Shown: positions 1 to 10,280 of the stretch, piece after piece
Numbering within the stretch: the stretch's first letter is position 1
Layout of the letters: every line of letters starts with the position of its first letter
NCBI GenBank assembly: GCA_963648975.1
Contig: CAVJFW010000004.1
Coordinates: forward strand, 1-59,541
Length of the DNA stretch: 59,541 nucleotides
Reading direction: 5' to 3'
From: a bacterium
GTDB lineage: Bacteria > Bacillota_I > Bacilli_A > RFN20 > CAG-288
Made by a program: the position numbers and the translations under genes
Notes under the pieces: model-generated
The model's database searches: none
The model's input: the letters and a program-made list of their open reading frames with translations, nothing else
Told to the model about the DNA's origin: nothing

Positions 1-220
1 GACGAAAATGTAATAAAATGTAAGCGTTTCCCGAAATAAAAAATATCACTAAAATACGATTTTTTCGAACTTTTTTTAAAAAAACAAATGATTTAGCTGT
101 TTTTTGAAAAAATGAAGAGAAATTTAAACTTTCTGAAAAACCTAAAACATAATAATATTTATGCGTGCCTACGGGGAACCGTATGGTCAAATTTGATTTA
201 ATTTCAAAGGAGGTATTTGT

Positions 221-1915
221 ATGAACGAACAATTCAACAAATTTAAGAAGAAACTGATGATTGAACACATCGTCAAATCTGCCTTGCTCGGTTTGGGATG
301 TGGTCTTGCCGGAGCAGGCATTTCCATGTTTGTCTTCGGATTCACGGGAACAGCATTCATCTGGTGGGTACACCTGCTTATCGGTGTTGGCATCATGCTT
401 GCAGTCAGTATCGCTTTCTTCTTCTGGAAAAAGCCGACTGATGTCACGGTCGCCGCAAGAATGGATAAGGACATGGGCCTTCAGGAAAAGATTGCCACCA
501 TGGTCGAATTCCAGGATGAGAGTTCTCTTCTCATAGATAAACAGAGGGAAGATGCAACGGAGCAGCTTTCCACCAAGACGACAAAGAACATGCCATTCAA
601 GCTTGCCGTCTTCACGATTCCTGTCATCGCCGTATCCGCAGCTCTCTTTGCATCGAGCTTCTTCGCTCCAAAGATTGCTGAATCCACTGGTATTATTAAG
701 GATAATACGAAAATCGACGATACCATCGACAACATCAACGACAGGACTGACCAGATCACTGACAAGATTCAGGATGTCATCGATAAGTCTGATGCCGATG
801 AAGACTTCAAGGATGAACTCAGTGATATCATCAATGACCTGAACAAGGAACTTCAGGATGATGATGATGTCGCCTCCCGTCAGGATAAGATTGATGAGGC
901 CAAGGATAAGATCGATGAAGCACTCGACAAGGCTAATTCCAAGGAAGAAATCGGTGATGCCCTCAAGGATCAGTCCGATGATGCCCTGAAAGAACTTGGC
1001 GATGCCATCAAGAATGGTGACGAGGAAAAGATCAATGAAGCCTTGGATAAACTTGCCGAGGAACTTGATGAGGAACAGGGCCAGGACAAGGCTGACCTCA
1101 TGAAGGAAATCGCCGATGAGATAAATCAGGCTCTTGAAGATTCCGAAATCCCTGAAGGTGATGCCTTACGTGATTCCTTGAAGGAACTTGCAGATAAATT
1201 CGAAGCTGCAGCTGAAGAACTTGAAAATGCCTTAAAGGAAAATGAAAGCAAGTCTGATTCCGAAAAGGAAGAGGCTGATCAGCAGGCCAGTGATTCTGCC
1301 CAGCAGTCTGCACAGGATGCCCTCAATGAAGCTGGTGACAAGATCAATCAGGCTGTTTCACAGCAGAAGAAGAATGAAGAACTTGCTGAAGAAGTCAAGG
1401 ATATGGTCGATCAGTTTGCCCAGGATAAGGATGAGACCGATGAATTCGATCCTGATGAGGATGAACAGGACGACCAGGAAGGTGATGATTCCAATTCCGA
1501 CCAGAACAGTGATCAGGATGGCTCCGACAGTGATTCCGATCAGAGTCAATCCGGTCAGCAAGGCGGTCAACAGTCCGGAGATCAGCAGTCTGGAAATCAA
1601 TCCAGCGGTCAGTCTGGTCAACAGTCCGGACAGTCTGGAAGCCAGCAGGGAAGTTCCGACAAGCAGGAAAGCTCCAGTAGCGGTTCTGCAAGTGACGGAG
1701 CCGGAAAAGGTGGCGACGGTGAAACCAATTACGCCAGCAATGATCACGTCTTTACCGGTGGCGATAATGGTGACAAAAAATATTCTGATGTCATCGATGA
1801 ATACAACAACGCAGCCAAGGAAGAAGCCAAGAACAATGGTGATGAATCCGGTGAAATCGATGATTACTTCAAGCTTCTCTATGGTGACAAGTCTGGATCA
1901 AGCAATAATCCGTAA
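221..1915 (+). CDS. Membrane protein with three predicted TM helices, then a long acidic coiled-coil-like region and a Q/S/G/D low-complexity tail; first gene of the MoxR/vWA cluster
   Basis: 564-aa ORF with AAAGGAGG just upstream of ATG 221. Hydrophobic stretches lie near aa 20-70 and 125-150. About one residue in three is D/E between aa ~160 and 430. No family recognised. Confidence 0.75.
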   Translation: MNEQFNKFKKKLMIEHIVKSALLGLGCGLAGAGISMFVFGFTGTAFIWWVHLLIGVGIMLAVSIAFFFWKKPTDVTVAARMDKDMGLQEKIATMVEFQDESSLLIDKQREDATEQLSTKTTKNMPFKLAVFTIPVIAVSAALFASSFFAPKIAESTGIIKDNTKIDDTIDNINDRTDQITDKIQDVIDKSDADEDFKDELSDIINDLNKELQDDDDVASRQDKIDEAKDKIDEALDKANSKEEIGDALKDQSDDALKELGDAIKNGDEEKINEALDKLAEELDEEQGQDKADLMKEIADEINQALEDSEIPEGDALRDSLKELADKFEAAAEELENALKENESKSDSEKEEADQQASDSAQQSAQDALNEAGDKINQAVSQQKKNEELAEEVKDMVDQFAQDKDETDEFDPDEDEQDDQEGDDSNSDQNSDQDGSDSDSDQSQSGQQGGQQSGDQQSGNQSSGQSGQQSGQSGSQQGSSDKQESSSSGSASDGAGKGGDGETNYASNDHVFTGGDNGDKKYSDVIDEYNNAAKEEAKNNGDESGEIDDYFKLLYGDKSGSSNNP

Positions 1916-1973
1916 TCAATCAATTAATTAGTCAATCAGTATATAAGAGATAGAAACAAGGATAATAATTACA

Positions 1974-3041
1974 ATGGAAAACGAAAATTTAAATTACGAA
2001 GTCGAAGAAAATGAAGAAGTTGTCGCTGCCGTCAGTGAACCTGCAACAGGTTCTCACAACGATGACATCCTGATTCAGCACTTTGCTGAATCAGTTGCCA
2101 TGATCAAGAACGAACTCCATAAGGATATCGTCGGTCAGGAAGAAGTCATCGATTCCGTCATCATCGCTGTCGTTGCCGGTGGTAACGTTCTTCTCGAAGG
2201 TGTTCCGGGAACTGGTAAGACCAGATTGGTCCGTTCCTTGGGTCAGACACTTTCCTTGCCATTCTCCCGTATTCAGTTCACACCAGACCTTATGCCAAAT
2301 GATGTCACTGGTACGAACATCATCCGTAAGGATGAAAACGGCAACCTTGTGACAACCTTCCAGCGTGGTCCGATTTTCGCCCAGATTGTTCTCGCCGATG
2401 AAATCAACCGTGCTACTCCGAAGACCCAGGCTGCTATGCTTGAAGTTATGCAGGAACACAAGGTCACTGTCTCTGGTGTCACCTATAAGATGGCTGAACC
2501 ATTCTTCGTTCTTGCTACGCAGAACCCTGTCGAACAGGATGGTACTTATCCGCTTCCTGAAGCTCAGATGGACCGTTTCATGTTCAAGGTCACGATGCAG
2601 TTCCCATCTGCAAAGGAACTTGGTGACATCGTCAACATGACCCAGGGTCATATGGAAGAAAATGCCGTTAAGGTCGTCGATGGCCCAACCATCCTTGAGA
2701 TGAGAAATCTTGCTCAGGGCGTCCCGGTCATCCCAGAAGTCCTTGACTATGCCGCAAAGCTTGTCGAAATGACTCATTCCGAATTGGAAGATTCCAGTGA
2801 AACCGGAAAGAAGTACATCCGTTATGGTGCTTCTCCACGTGCTGCCCAGGCTTTGATTACCGGTGCAAAGATCCGTGCTCTCATCCATGGCAACTACAAT
2901 GTCTCCTATGATGACATCGATGCTCTTGCCTACCCAGTCTTACGTCACAGAATCAAGATCAACTACAATGCCATCAACGAAGGTCTCTCCATCGATAAGG
3001 TCATCGGCCTTCTGATCAAGGAAAACAGAAAGAACATTTAA
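1974..3041 (+). CDS. MoxR-like AAA+ ATPase
   Basis: Walker A GVPGTGKT, Walker B LADEINRA, and PKTQAAMLEVMQE followed by ATQNP, typical of the MoxR/AAA_3 family. Confidence 0.93.
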   Translation: MENENLNYEVEENEEVVAAVSEPATGSHNDDILIQHFAESVAMIKNELHKDIVGQEEVIDSVIIAVVAGGNVLLEGVPGTGKTRLVRSLGQTLSLPFSRIQFTPDLMPNDVTGTNIIRKDENGNLVTTFQRGPIFAQIVLADEINRATPKTQAAMLEVMQEHKVTVSGVTYKMAEPFFVLATQNPVEQDGTYPLPEAQMDRFMFKVTMQFPSAKELGDIVNMTQGHMEENAVKVVDGPTILEMRNLAQGVPVIPEVLDYAAKLVEMTHSELEDSSETGKKYIRYGASPRAAQALITGAKIRALIHGNYNVSYDDIDALAYPVLRHRIKINYNAINEGLSIDKVIGLLIKENRKNI

Positions 3042-3042
3042 T

Positions 3043-3918
3043 ATGAAACAGGTGATCGACGAATCATTTCTCCAGCAATTGGAACAATTTACCTTAGCGG
3101 TTAAAGATAATGTCGCCGGTCTTTTTGGTGGAAACCACAAATCAAAAAAATATGGTTCTTCCTGTGAATTCGCTGACTATAGAGATTATATGGAAGGCGA
3201 TGATATTTCCAAGATTGACTGGAATCTATATGGTAAATTTGAAAAGATGTATCTGAAACTCTTCTTGGATGAAAGACAGATGCAGACCAGAATCTATATC
3301 GATGCTTCTGGCTCCATGAAGTTCTTCAAGAAGGATGAATATGTTTTACGTTTGGCTACTTCCTTAGCCTATCTTTCTGTCTCTGAAATGGACAAGGTTC
3401 ATGTCTATTACATCCAGGGCAATGAGTGCAAGCCGCTCATCGAGAACTTGGTCGGACGTGACTCCTTCATGAACAGTGTCGGACGTTTCAACAACATCGA
3501 ATTTGAAGGTGAATCCTCGATTTCCGATGCCATTGTCCGCTCCAATGTCGGCTATGGTGATGGAAGAAGTATCATCATTTCTGATTTTGAGACTGACAGG
3601 AACTACACTGATGCCATCGACTATCTCCGTCAGAAGAGAAGAGACGTTCTTTGTATGCAGGTGCTTGCCGATGAGGAAATGCATCCAAGTTTCCGTGGAA
3701 AGACCATCATCCACGATTCCGAAGATGACAACCACACCTACAAGAGCAACGTTACCAGGGATGTTCTTAAGGCTTATCAGAAAGCCATTGACTATGTGGA
3801 ACACAAGATTCAGGATTATTGCATGGCCAGAGAGGCTGACTATCTTCTTTGCTCCACCAAAGATACATTGAAAGATGTATTCCTTAACATGATGGTCCAG
3901 AAGGGGGTGCTGAAATGA
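3043..3918 (+). CDS. DUF58 family protein (vWA-like partner of MoxR)
   Basis: GSSCEFADYRDYMEGDDISKIDWN signature, then DASGSM. Starts 1 nt after the MoxR stop. Confidence 0.85.
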   Translation: MKQVIDESFLQQLEQFTLAVKDNVAGLFGGNHKSKKYGSSCEFADYRDYMEGDDISKIDWNLYGKFEKMYLKLFLDERQMQTRIYIDASGSMKFFKKDEYVLRLATSLAYLSVSEMDKVHVYYIQGNECKPLIENLVGRDSFMNSVGRFNNIEFEGESSISDAIVRSNVGYGDGRSIIISDFETDRNYTDAIDYLRQKRRDVLCMQVLADEEMHPSFRGKTIIHDSEDDNHTYKSNVTRDVLKAYQKAIDYVEHKIQDYCMAREADYLLCSTKDTLKDVFLNMMVQKGVLK

Positions 3919-5897
3919 GTTTGACTTATCCATATGCTCTCTTTGCATTGATTGCCATCCCGATTGTCATCCTTATCTATATTCTCAAGAACAAATATCG
4001 TGATGAGACGGCTCCTTCCACTTATCTCTGGGAGTTGAGTGAAAAGTTCCTCAAGAAGAGAAACCCACTCAGGAAGATGGAACATCTTCTTGCCTTGATC
4101 ATGCAGTGTCTTGCCATCGCCGGCATGGCATTTGCTCTTGCCCGTCCTGTCTTCACTGTCAAGGATGGTGCTGACAACATCGTCTTCGTCGTCGATGGTT
4201 CTGCCAGTATGTCCATGAAGAGTTCCGAGGACAACACCATGACACGTTTCGATATGGCAAAGTCCCAGATCGTCGAAGTGATCCGTGATGCCAATGTCGG
4301 TTCTCAGTTCACCATCATCATCGCGGATGACAATCCCAGAGTCGTCTGCAAGAGCGTCTCCGACAAGGAGAAGGCTGAAATCTATGTTGATTCATTGACT
4401 GTCTCTGCCGGAGAAGGTGACCTTGATGAACCAATCAACATGGCTCAGGAAATGTTCTCCAGTGGTTTATGCAACGTCTGCTATCTTGCCACTGATCGTC
4501 CATTCCTCAAGGCTGATGTCGAAGAGAAGAAAGCTCTTCAGAACATCAATCTCATCGATGTCTCTGATGAGAAGAGCGTCAACTATGCCATATCCGATCT
4601 TTCCTACGAATATTATTCTTCCGACGGAAAATATTGGATGAATTTCACTGGTAGCTTCATCAGCTACAATCAGGATCTTCTCACCAATGAACTTCCAATC
4701 CGTTTCTATCTTGATGACACAAAGTTAGGTTCACTTCCTATCTCTGCCATGTATGACAGCAATGGTGCATCAAGGAAGAACATCGAGAAGATTGAGAAGA
4801 ACACAAAGTATTATTTCGATCTGACTACCGAAGACACGGAGAAAAAGTTCACCAGTGTCACTGAGGTCAAGGCTGTCATCGAAAAGGATGATGCACTTGA
4901 AGCAGACAACACGGCCATCTACTACAACACCGATGTCCTTGCCAATACCAAGGCTCTTCTTGTTCAGGGTAGCGATGCTCCGTTATACATGTCTGCGGCA
5001 TTGAAATCCGTCAAGACGGCCGGCACTGTCGAACTTACCACCATTTCCGAGGCCAGATACAATGGCCAGTCCGGATATGATGTCTACATCTTCGACAGCT
5101 GCAATGACGTTTCTGTCCTTCCTGAGACTGGTACATGCTGGTTTGTCAATTGCACCAACATTTCCGCTTCCGATACCGGCTTCAAGGTCGGTGACAGAAG
5201 AAGTGGTTTGGATGTCACGATGAAGTATGCCGGAAACACGGATGACATTCTCTATAACCAGTTTGTCAACAGCATCGATGTTTCCAAGTCTTTCGCTTTG
5301 TCTGACTACATCCGTTATTCATTGGATGGTGGTGAATTCACATCCGTCATCTCCTACAATAACACTCCTATCGTCTTTGCCGGTATGAATGATACCGGAA
5401 GAAGAGAAGTCGTTTTTGCCTTACCTCTCGATAAGTCAAACCTTTGTCTTAACATCGACTTTGTCTATCTTGTCCGCAACTTCATCAACTATTCCAATCC
5501 TACACTTCTCAAGCAGTTCACTTATGAAGCCAAACAAAAGGCTACTTTCTCCATTTCCAGCAACATCAAATCCATTCAGATCACCTCTCCTGATGAATCC
5601 AGCTCTCCGCTTGACATCGAAGGAAAGGAATATGTCGAATATCAGTTCAATAAGGTTGGAACCTACAAGGTCACTGTCACCTACATCGATTCTACATCCA
5701 AGCAGGTTTCCATTTACGCAAGTTATCCAGAAGAGGAGGAGAACCCCTACGTCACGGATTACAAGAAATACAACTTGGTGACCAATGTGAACACCAAGAA
5801 GGGCGATGGATTGTTCGATAACATCTTACCGTTCGTCATCGTCGCTGCCGTCTTGTTCATCGGTGATTGGGCCTTATACACACATGAGCAATATTAA
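3915..5897 (+). CDS. BatA-like membrane protein with a vWA domain
   Basis: N-terminal double-TM segment (YPYALFALIAIPIVILIYILK ... LALIMQCLAIAGMAFALARP), then the MIDAS-like VVDGSASMS, and a C-terminal TM helix. ATGA overlap with the DUF58 gene. Confidence 0.8.
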   Translation: MSLTYPYALFALIAIPIVILIYILKNKYRDETAPSTYLWELSEKFLKKRNPLRKMEHLLALIMQCLAIAGMAFALARPVFTVKDGADNIVFVVDGSASMSMKSSEDNTMTRFDMAKSQIVEVIRDANVGSQFTIIIADDNPRVVCKSVSDKEKAEIYVDSLTVSAGEGDLDEPINMAQEMFSSGLCNVCYLATDRPFLKADVEEKKALQNINLIDVSDEKSVNYAISDLSYEYYSSDGKYWMNFTGSFISYNQDLLTNELPIRFYLDDTKLGSLPISAMYDSNGASRKNIEKIEKNTKYYFDLTTEDTEKKFTSVTEVKAVIEKDDALEADNTAIYYNTDVLANTKALLVQGSDAPLYMSAALKSVKTAGTVELTTISEARYNGQSGYDVYIFDSCNDVSVLPETGTCWFVNCTNISASDTGFKVGDRRSGLDVTMKYAGNTDDILYNQFVNSIDVSKSFALSDYIRYSLDGGEFTSVISYNNTPIVFAGMNDTGRREVVFALPLDKSNLCLNIDFVYLVRNFINYSNPTLLKQFTYEAKQKATFSISSNIKSIQITSPDESSSPLDIEGKEYVEYQFNKVGTYKVTVTYIDSTSKQVSIYASYPEEEENPYVTDYKKYNLVTNVNTKKGDGLFDNILPFVIVAAVLFIGDWALYTHEQY

Positions 5898-8631
5898 GAT
5901 TGAAAATCCATGGTTGCTCTTTGTCGGATTGGGATTGATACTCGCCTCCGTCGGTGCGTTCTTCCTTATTCCGAAAGCAAAGAGAATCCGTCCGAAGAAC
6001 CTGATTTCCTTAGGCTTGCATATCGTCATTTCCATCACCTTGGCCCTTGCCTTTGCCAACATCAAGTTCGTCACGACATCGTCTGATGTCGAAGTCTATG
6101 CCGTTGTCGATGTGTCTGATTCCGAAAGCCAGAATGCTGACAAGCTCACTGAACTCGTTCAGGACCTCTACAAGCAGGCTGGCAGCAAGAATGCCAAGGT
6201 CGGTGTCGTTGCCTATGGCAAGAACCAGACCACTTTGGCCAAGGCAGGCAGCAGAATTTCTTCCGATGCCATCAAGAAGCTGTTTGAGGAAAACAATTCG
6301 ACCATTGACAGATCTGCCACTGATATCGCCTCTGCCTTAACCTATACCAACAACCTCTTTTCCGACAATGTCGTGAGAAGAATGGTTCTCATCTCTGACG
6401 GAATCGAAACTGATGGCAATGCCATCGATACCATCGAGACATTGAAGAACAACGATGTCATGCTCGACTGCATCGATGTGTCCGATTCCCTCAAACATGA
6501 AGTCGCCATCACCGGTATCGAGTATACCGACAGGGTATTCAAAGGCAGAACTGAGACGGTCACCATTTCCGTCCGTGCCACCAGATCCACGAATGGCAAG
6601 ATCAAGATTACCTGTGGTGGAAACACGATTGCTGATTCTGATGTCAGAGTCAGTATCGCCAAGGGTCTGAATGTCGTCACCTATACCTTGCCTACATCTG
6701 AGGCGGGAAGATTCGACTATGAAGTCACCCTTGAAGCCGACAGTGATACATTCGAGGAAAACAACATCAAGAGATTCACTCAGACCGTTACCGAAGACTA
6801 TAAATTCCTTTATCTCTCCGGCAATGAAAGGAATGAAGAAACAAACATTCTTAATTCACTGGGTATCTACAATGATTCCTCCAAGGTCACATACAGCTTT
6901 GAATATGTGAATGTTCCATATAAGATGGAAGAGCTTGTCAAGTATGATGAAATCATTCTTTCTGATTTCAACGTAACAAAGCTTGATGAGGAACTTGATC
7001 TCGAAAGAGAGGACTCCATTGCCAGTCAGTTTGTCAATAACATCAAGGCATGTGTGTCCGTCTATGGAAAGTCTCTTCTTACCTTTGGAGACACCCATAC
7101 CGGTTTAAGCAATGAAGAATATTCCTATCTCAGCGATTATGGCGATATGCTTCCTGTCCAGTCTCATTCAGAGGGTGGAAAAGCCGTCATCTTCTTGATT
7201 GACGTCTCCGGTTCCATGGACACTGACAACCGTCTTACCATGGCCAAGAAGGGCGCCATTGCTGCACTTGATACTTTCTCCGATGAGGATATGGTCGGTA
7301 TCACTACATTCTCTGATGAGACTAAGATTGTCAAGCCACTTACCAGCATCAGAAACAAGGAAGAACTTGCCAGAGCCATCAACAAGATGAAGACCGAAGG
7401 TGGTACCACCATGGGTCCAGCCTTGAAGATGTGTGGTAAGGAACTCAATGATTCCACTGCTGAATTCAAGACCGTCATCACCTTGTCTGATGGTGATCCG
7501 TTCGATACTGATGCTTCATTAAACAAAATCGTGAGACAACTTGCCGAAGACAACATCACCTGCTCCTTCATCAATATTTCCAACAGAGACAGTACCTCTG
7601 TCTCCAGATTGAAGAGGCTTGCAACCTATGGCAATGGTAACTATTACTTTGTCAGCAAGGCTCAGCAGCTTGTCGATGTCATGGTCAATTCCGTTTCTGA
7701 GGAAATCACCAACATAGCCATCAAGCAGGATGACACGACCGTCGTTGTCAGAAATGCAAATGATGAAGTTCTCAATGGTACCAACAATACCTTTGCATCT
7801 CTCAGCGGTTTTAATTATTGCCGTATCAAGCCACAGGCTGAAACGGTCCTGACTGCTACCTATATCAGAAATGAGGAAACGCTTGATGACAACGGAAATT
7901 CCAATTCCACCACGACCACATATAACGTTCCGTTATATGCACATTGGACATATGGAAAAGGGACTGTTTCCAGTTTCACTGCAGATCTCATCGATGATAC
8001 AACGGCATCCTTCCGCAACACTCCAGGTGGTGCACAGTTCTTTAGGAATTTGGTTACGACAACTTTGCCGACACGTTCTGCAAACAACCTTCTTGACTTC
8101 TCCTATGTCAACTATGGTTATACGACGACCGTAAATGTCAATCCGAACAACGGTGACTATACCGGCAAGATTGTCATCAAGGTAAAGGATCCTGACAATG
8201 CCACTACCGAATATGAGCTCATCTATAACGGCAGTAGCTATTCTGTCAGTGTTCCAGTCAGCAAGACTGGCATCTATGACGTCGAAATCAACTACTATGA
8301 GTCCAATGACGGCAATATCTCTTCCGAGATCACTGCCACGGATACTCAGCCGCTCTATTTCGATTATTCCAAGGAATACAATTTCTTCGATACCGATATG
8401 AGCAGCGATATTCTCTATCGTCTTGCCAGCAATCTTTCCGGAAATACGACTTCCGACAGGGTTGACTACAATACCAGCGATGCCGAATATCAGTATTCAA
8501 GCTACTTCTCAACGATGATGATCTTCCTTCTCATCTCCGTCGGTCTCTTCCTTGTCGATATCTTTGTCAGAAAGAGCGACATCATCTTCAGAAAGAAGAA
8601 GGCAAGCGAAAACGCCGCCATCAATCAGTAA
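5884..8631 (+). CDS. Membrane protein with two vWA domains
   Basis: I place the start at ATG 5884 (MSNIKIENPW...), overlapping the upstream stop by 14 nt. N-terminal TM pair, MIDAS motifs DVSDSES and DVSGSMD, C-terminal TM helix. The ORF-track start at 5806 lies inside the previous gene. Confidence 0.8.
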   Translation: MSNIKIENPWLLFVGLGLILASVGAFFLIPKAKRIRPKNLISLGLHIVISITLALAFANIKFVTTSSDVEVYAVVDVSDSESQNADKLTELVQDLYKQAGSKNAKVGVVAYGKNQTTLAKAGSRISSDAIKKLFEENNSTIDRSATDIASALTYTNNLFSDNVVRRMVLISDGIETDGNAIDTIETLKNNDVMLDCIDVSDSLKHEVAITGIEYTDRVFKGRTETVTISVRATRSTNGKIKITCGGNTIADSDVRVSIAKGLNVVTYTLPTSEAGRFDYEVTLEADSDTFEENNIKRFTQTVTEDYKFLYLSGNERNEETNILNSLGIYNDSSKVTYSFEYVNVPYKMEELVKYDEIILSDFNVTKLDEELDLEREDSIASQFVNNIKACVSVYGKSLLTFGDTHTGLSNEEYSYLSDYGDMLPVQSHSEGGKAVIFLIDVSGSMDTDNRLTMAKKGAIAALDTFSDEDMVGITTFSDETKIVKPLTSIRNKEELARAINKMKTEGGTTMGPALKMCGKELNDSTAEFKTVITLSDGDPFDTDASLNKIVRQLAEDNITCSFINISNRDSTSVSRLKRLATYGNGNYYFVSKAQQLVDVMVNSVSEEITNIAIKQDDTTVVVRNANDEVLNGTNNTFASLSGFNYCRIKPQAETVLTATYIRNEETLDDNGNSNSTTTTYNVPLYAHWTYGKGTVSSFTADLIDDTTASFRNTPGGAQFFRNLVTTTLPTRSANNLLDFSYVNYGYTTTVNVNPNNGDYTGKIVIKVKDPDNATTEYELIYNGSSYSVSVPVSKTGIYDVEINYYESNDGNISSEITATDTQPLYFDYSKEYNFFDTDMSSDILYRLASNLSGNTTSDRVDYNTSDAEYQYSSYFSTMMIFLLISVGLFLVDIFVRKSDIIFRKKKASENAAINQ

Positions 8632-8635
8632 ACAT

Positions 8636-8670
8636 AAAGCCATTTGGATTTATTCCATTTGGCTTTTTTT
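8636..8670 (+). terminator. Probable intrinsic terminator of the MoxR/vWA operon
   Basis: AAAGCCA ... TGGCTTT stem with an inner GG/CC pairing, followed by a T7 run, 5 nt after the stop. Confidence 0.5.
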
Positions 8671-8742
8671 ATGGCTTCATGAGGTTGTATTTGTTTTCCT
8701 TAAGACTTAAAATCATAGGGTGGTTTTTAAGGAGCGAGAATT

Positions 8743-9633
8743 ATGTTTTCATGGCAACATTTCGTTTGGTTGGGAATATCCATCATTTTGATTGCACTTT
8801 GTTTCTATCTTTTCAGATTCAACAAAAAAATCAGTAGGATGAGTCTTACGAAATTCCTTTATTTTTCCTCGGCATTTGTCTTCATCCAGGAAATCATCCA
8901 GATGATGGCCATGATGAATTTCCTTCCCTATGCCTTCGGAAACGAACATAACGTGGATGGAGTTGTCCATTATGCACCATATTTCGATCCGAGGGACTTT
9001 CCGCTTCATCTCTGTTCGATACAATTCATCTTCCTCTTCCTTGCCGCTCATACGGAAGATGAAAAGAAGAGAAAAAAGATTCTCTCCTTCTTCTTCCCGA
9101 CAGCCATTTTCGGTGCCTTCATGGCTTTGGTCATGTCCAATGTCTTCACCATCAAGAATGATCCTGATTGGATGAGTCAGTGCTTCATATCCCCTGTTTT
9201 CTATTCATTTTTCCTGATCCACGCCTATCTGTTCTTCTGTGGCATATTCATCGCCACGGACAAGAGAATCAATTTCCATTTCAAGGATTGCATCTCTGGA
9301 ATGTTCATCATGGAATGCCTCGGATTCTTCTCTTTGATGGTCAATTCCATGGTCACTGTCGTCAGAAGAGATCCGGATAATTTCCTCGCTCCATATGAAA
9401 TCGTCTCCAATGCAAATCTGTTCTTTACATCCGACATTCCGGTAAATCTTGTGTTAACCGAGAAATGGCAATGGATATTGTATTTCATCATTCTATTCAT
9501 CCTGGTCATCGTGATCTTCATTCTGTTCTTCCTGCCGTTTTATTTCCTCGACAAAAGGAAAAAGAAGATGGAATCGATATCCCATCCTGATGTAGCTGAA
9601 ACGAATCATGATGACAAAGAAAATAATATTTGA
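8743..9633 (+). CDS. Multi-pass integral membrane protein, function unknown (possibly YwaF-like)
   Basis: 296-aa hydrophobic ORF with AAGGAG upstream. The family assignment is a recollection only. Confidence 0.65.
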   Translation: MFSWQHFVWLGISIILIALCFYLFRFNKKISRMSLTKFLYFSSAFVFIQEIIQMMAMMNFLPYAFGNEHNVDGVVHYAPYFDPRDFPLHLCSIQFIFLFLAAHTEDEKKRKKILSFFFPTAIFGAFMALVMSNVFTIKNDPDWMSQCFISPVFYSFFLIHAYLFFCGIFIATDKRINFHFKDCISGMFIMECLGFFSLMVNSMVTVVRRDPDNFLAPYEIVSNANLFFTSDIPVNLVLTEKWQWILYFIILFILVIVIFILFFLPFYFLDKRKKKMESISHPDVAETNHDDKENNI

Positions 9634-10246
9634 CGGTGATGGTACCCTGTATGATTCAGAGAGAAGCATCAAGAAATCGTGTAATCATGCCTTGAAGAGT
9701 CTGGGCTATAAGGAATACAGGTTTGATGAACTTGATTTCTTCATCGGGCCTCCGCTTCGGGAGAGCTTCAGGCTTTGCCATGTGAAGGAAGATGATTTGG
9801 ATTCGGCTATCGACATATATCGTAAACATCAAAGAGAAAACACTCTATATGACATCGATCTTTACCCCAATGTGGAGAAGACACTCTCCTGGCTTCATGA
9901 ACATGGTTATTCCATCTATTTGGGAACATCAAGACCTGGATTCTTGGGAATGGAACTTCTTACCCATACAGGCATCATCAAGTTCTTTGACGGAGTTTTT
10001 GGGGCTGATGATGATGGAAAAAATGCCTCAAAGGTAGATGTGATTTCCAAGGTGGTGTCATGCACGGCAAAGACGGATGTTACATATATGGTCGGAGACA
10101 CAAAGATGGACATACTTGCCGGAAAGAAATTCTCTTGCCATACCATCGCATGCCTTTATGGATTTGGAAACCTCGATGAACTTGATGGTTGTCTTCCTGA
10201 TTATAAGATTTCCGACTTTGGGGAAATCATCGACATCGTGAAATGA
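9608..10246 (+). CDS. HAD-superfamily hydrolase (phosphoglycolate phosphatase-like)
   Basis: FDGDGTLYDS motif I, GTSR motif II, and VGDTKMDILAG motif IV. Confidence 0.85.
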   Translation: MMTKKIIFDGDGTLYDSERSIKKSCNHALKSLGYKEYRFDELDFFIGPPLRESFRLCHVKEDDLDSAIDIYRKHQRENTLYDIDLYPNVEKTLSWLHEHGYSIYLGTSRPGFLGMELLTHTGIIKFFDGVFGADDDGKNASKVDVISKVVSCTAKTDVTYMVGDTKMDILAGKKFSCHTIACLYGFGNLDELDGCLPDYKISDFGEIIDIVK

Positions 10247-10280
10247 AAAGAAGTGCCTCTTATCGGGACACTTCTTTTTT
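10247..10280. terminator. Bidirectional terminator between the convergent HAD and MATE genes
   Basis: AAAGAAGTG ... CACTTCTTT stem followed by a T run. The 3' arm overlaps the last codons of the MATE gene. Confidence 0.55.

Noticed and set aside
1-220. Possible promoter or riboswitch upstream of the first gene
   Set aside because: Only weak -35/-10 candidates and one short hairpin (CCTACGG..CCGTA-GG) are present. Nothing resembles a known riboswitch, and the window edge truncates the context.
1242-1931. Alternative-frame ORFs (1242-1931 +, 1358-1747 -, 1395-1691 -) in the repeat-rich 3' part of the first gene
   Set aside because: They are artefacts of low-complexity GA/CA-rich repeats. The frame starting at 221 is continuous with the TM region and has a strong RBS.
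2091-2888. 265-aa ORF antisense to the MoxR ATPase gene
   Set aside because: It lies entirely within a confidently identified gene on the other strand. It has no RBS and no recognisable motifs, and looks like a typical shadow ORF produced by codon bias.
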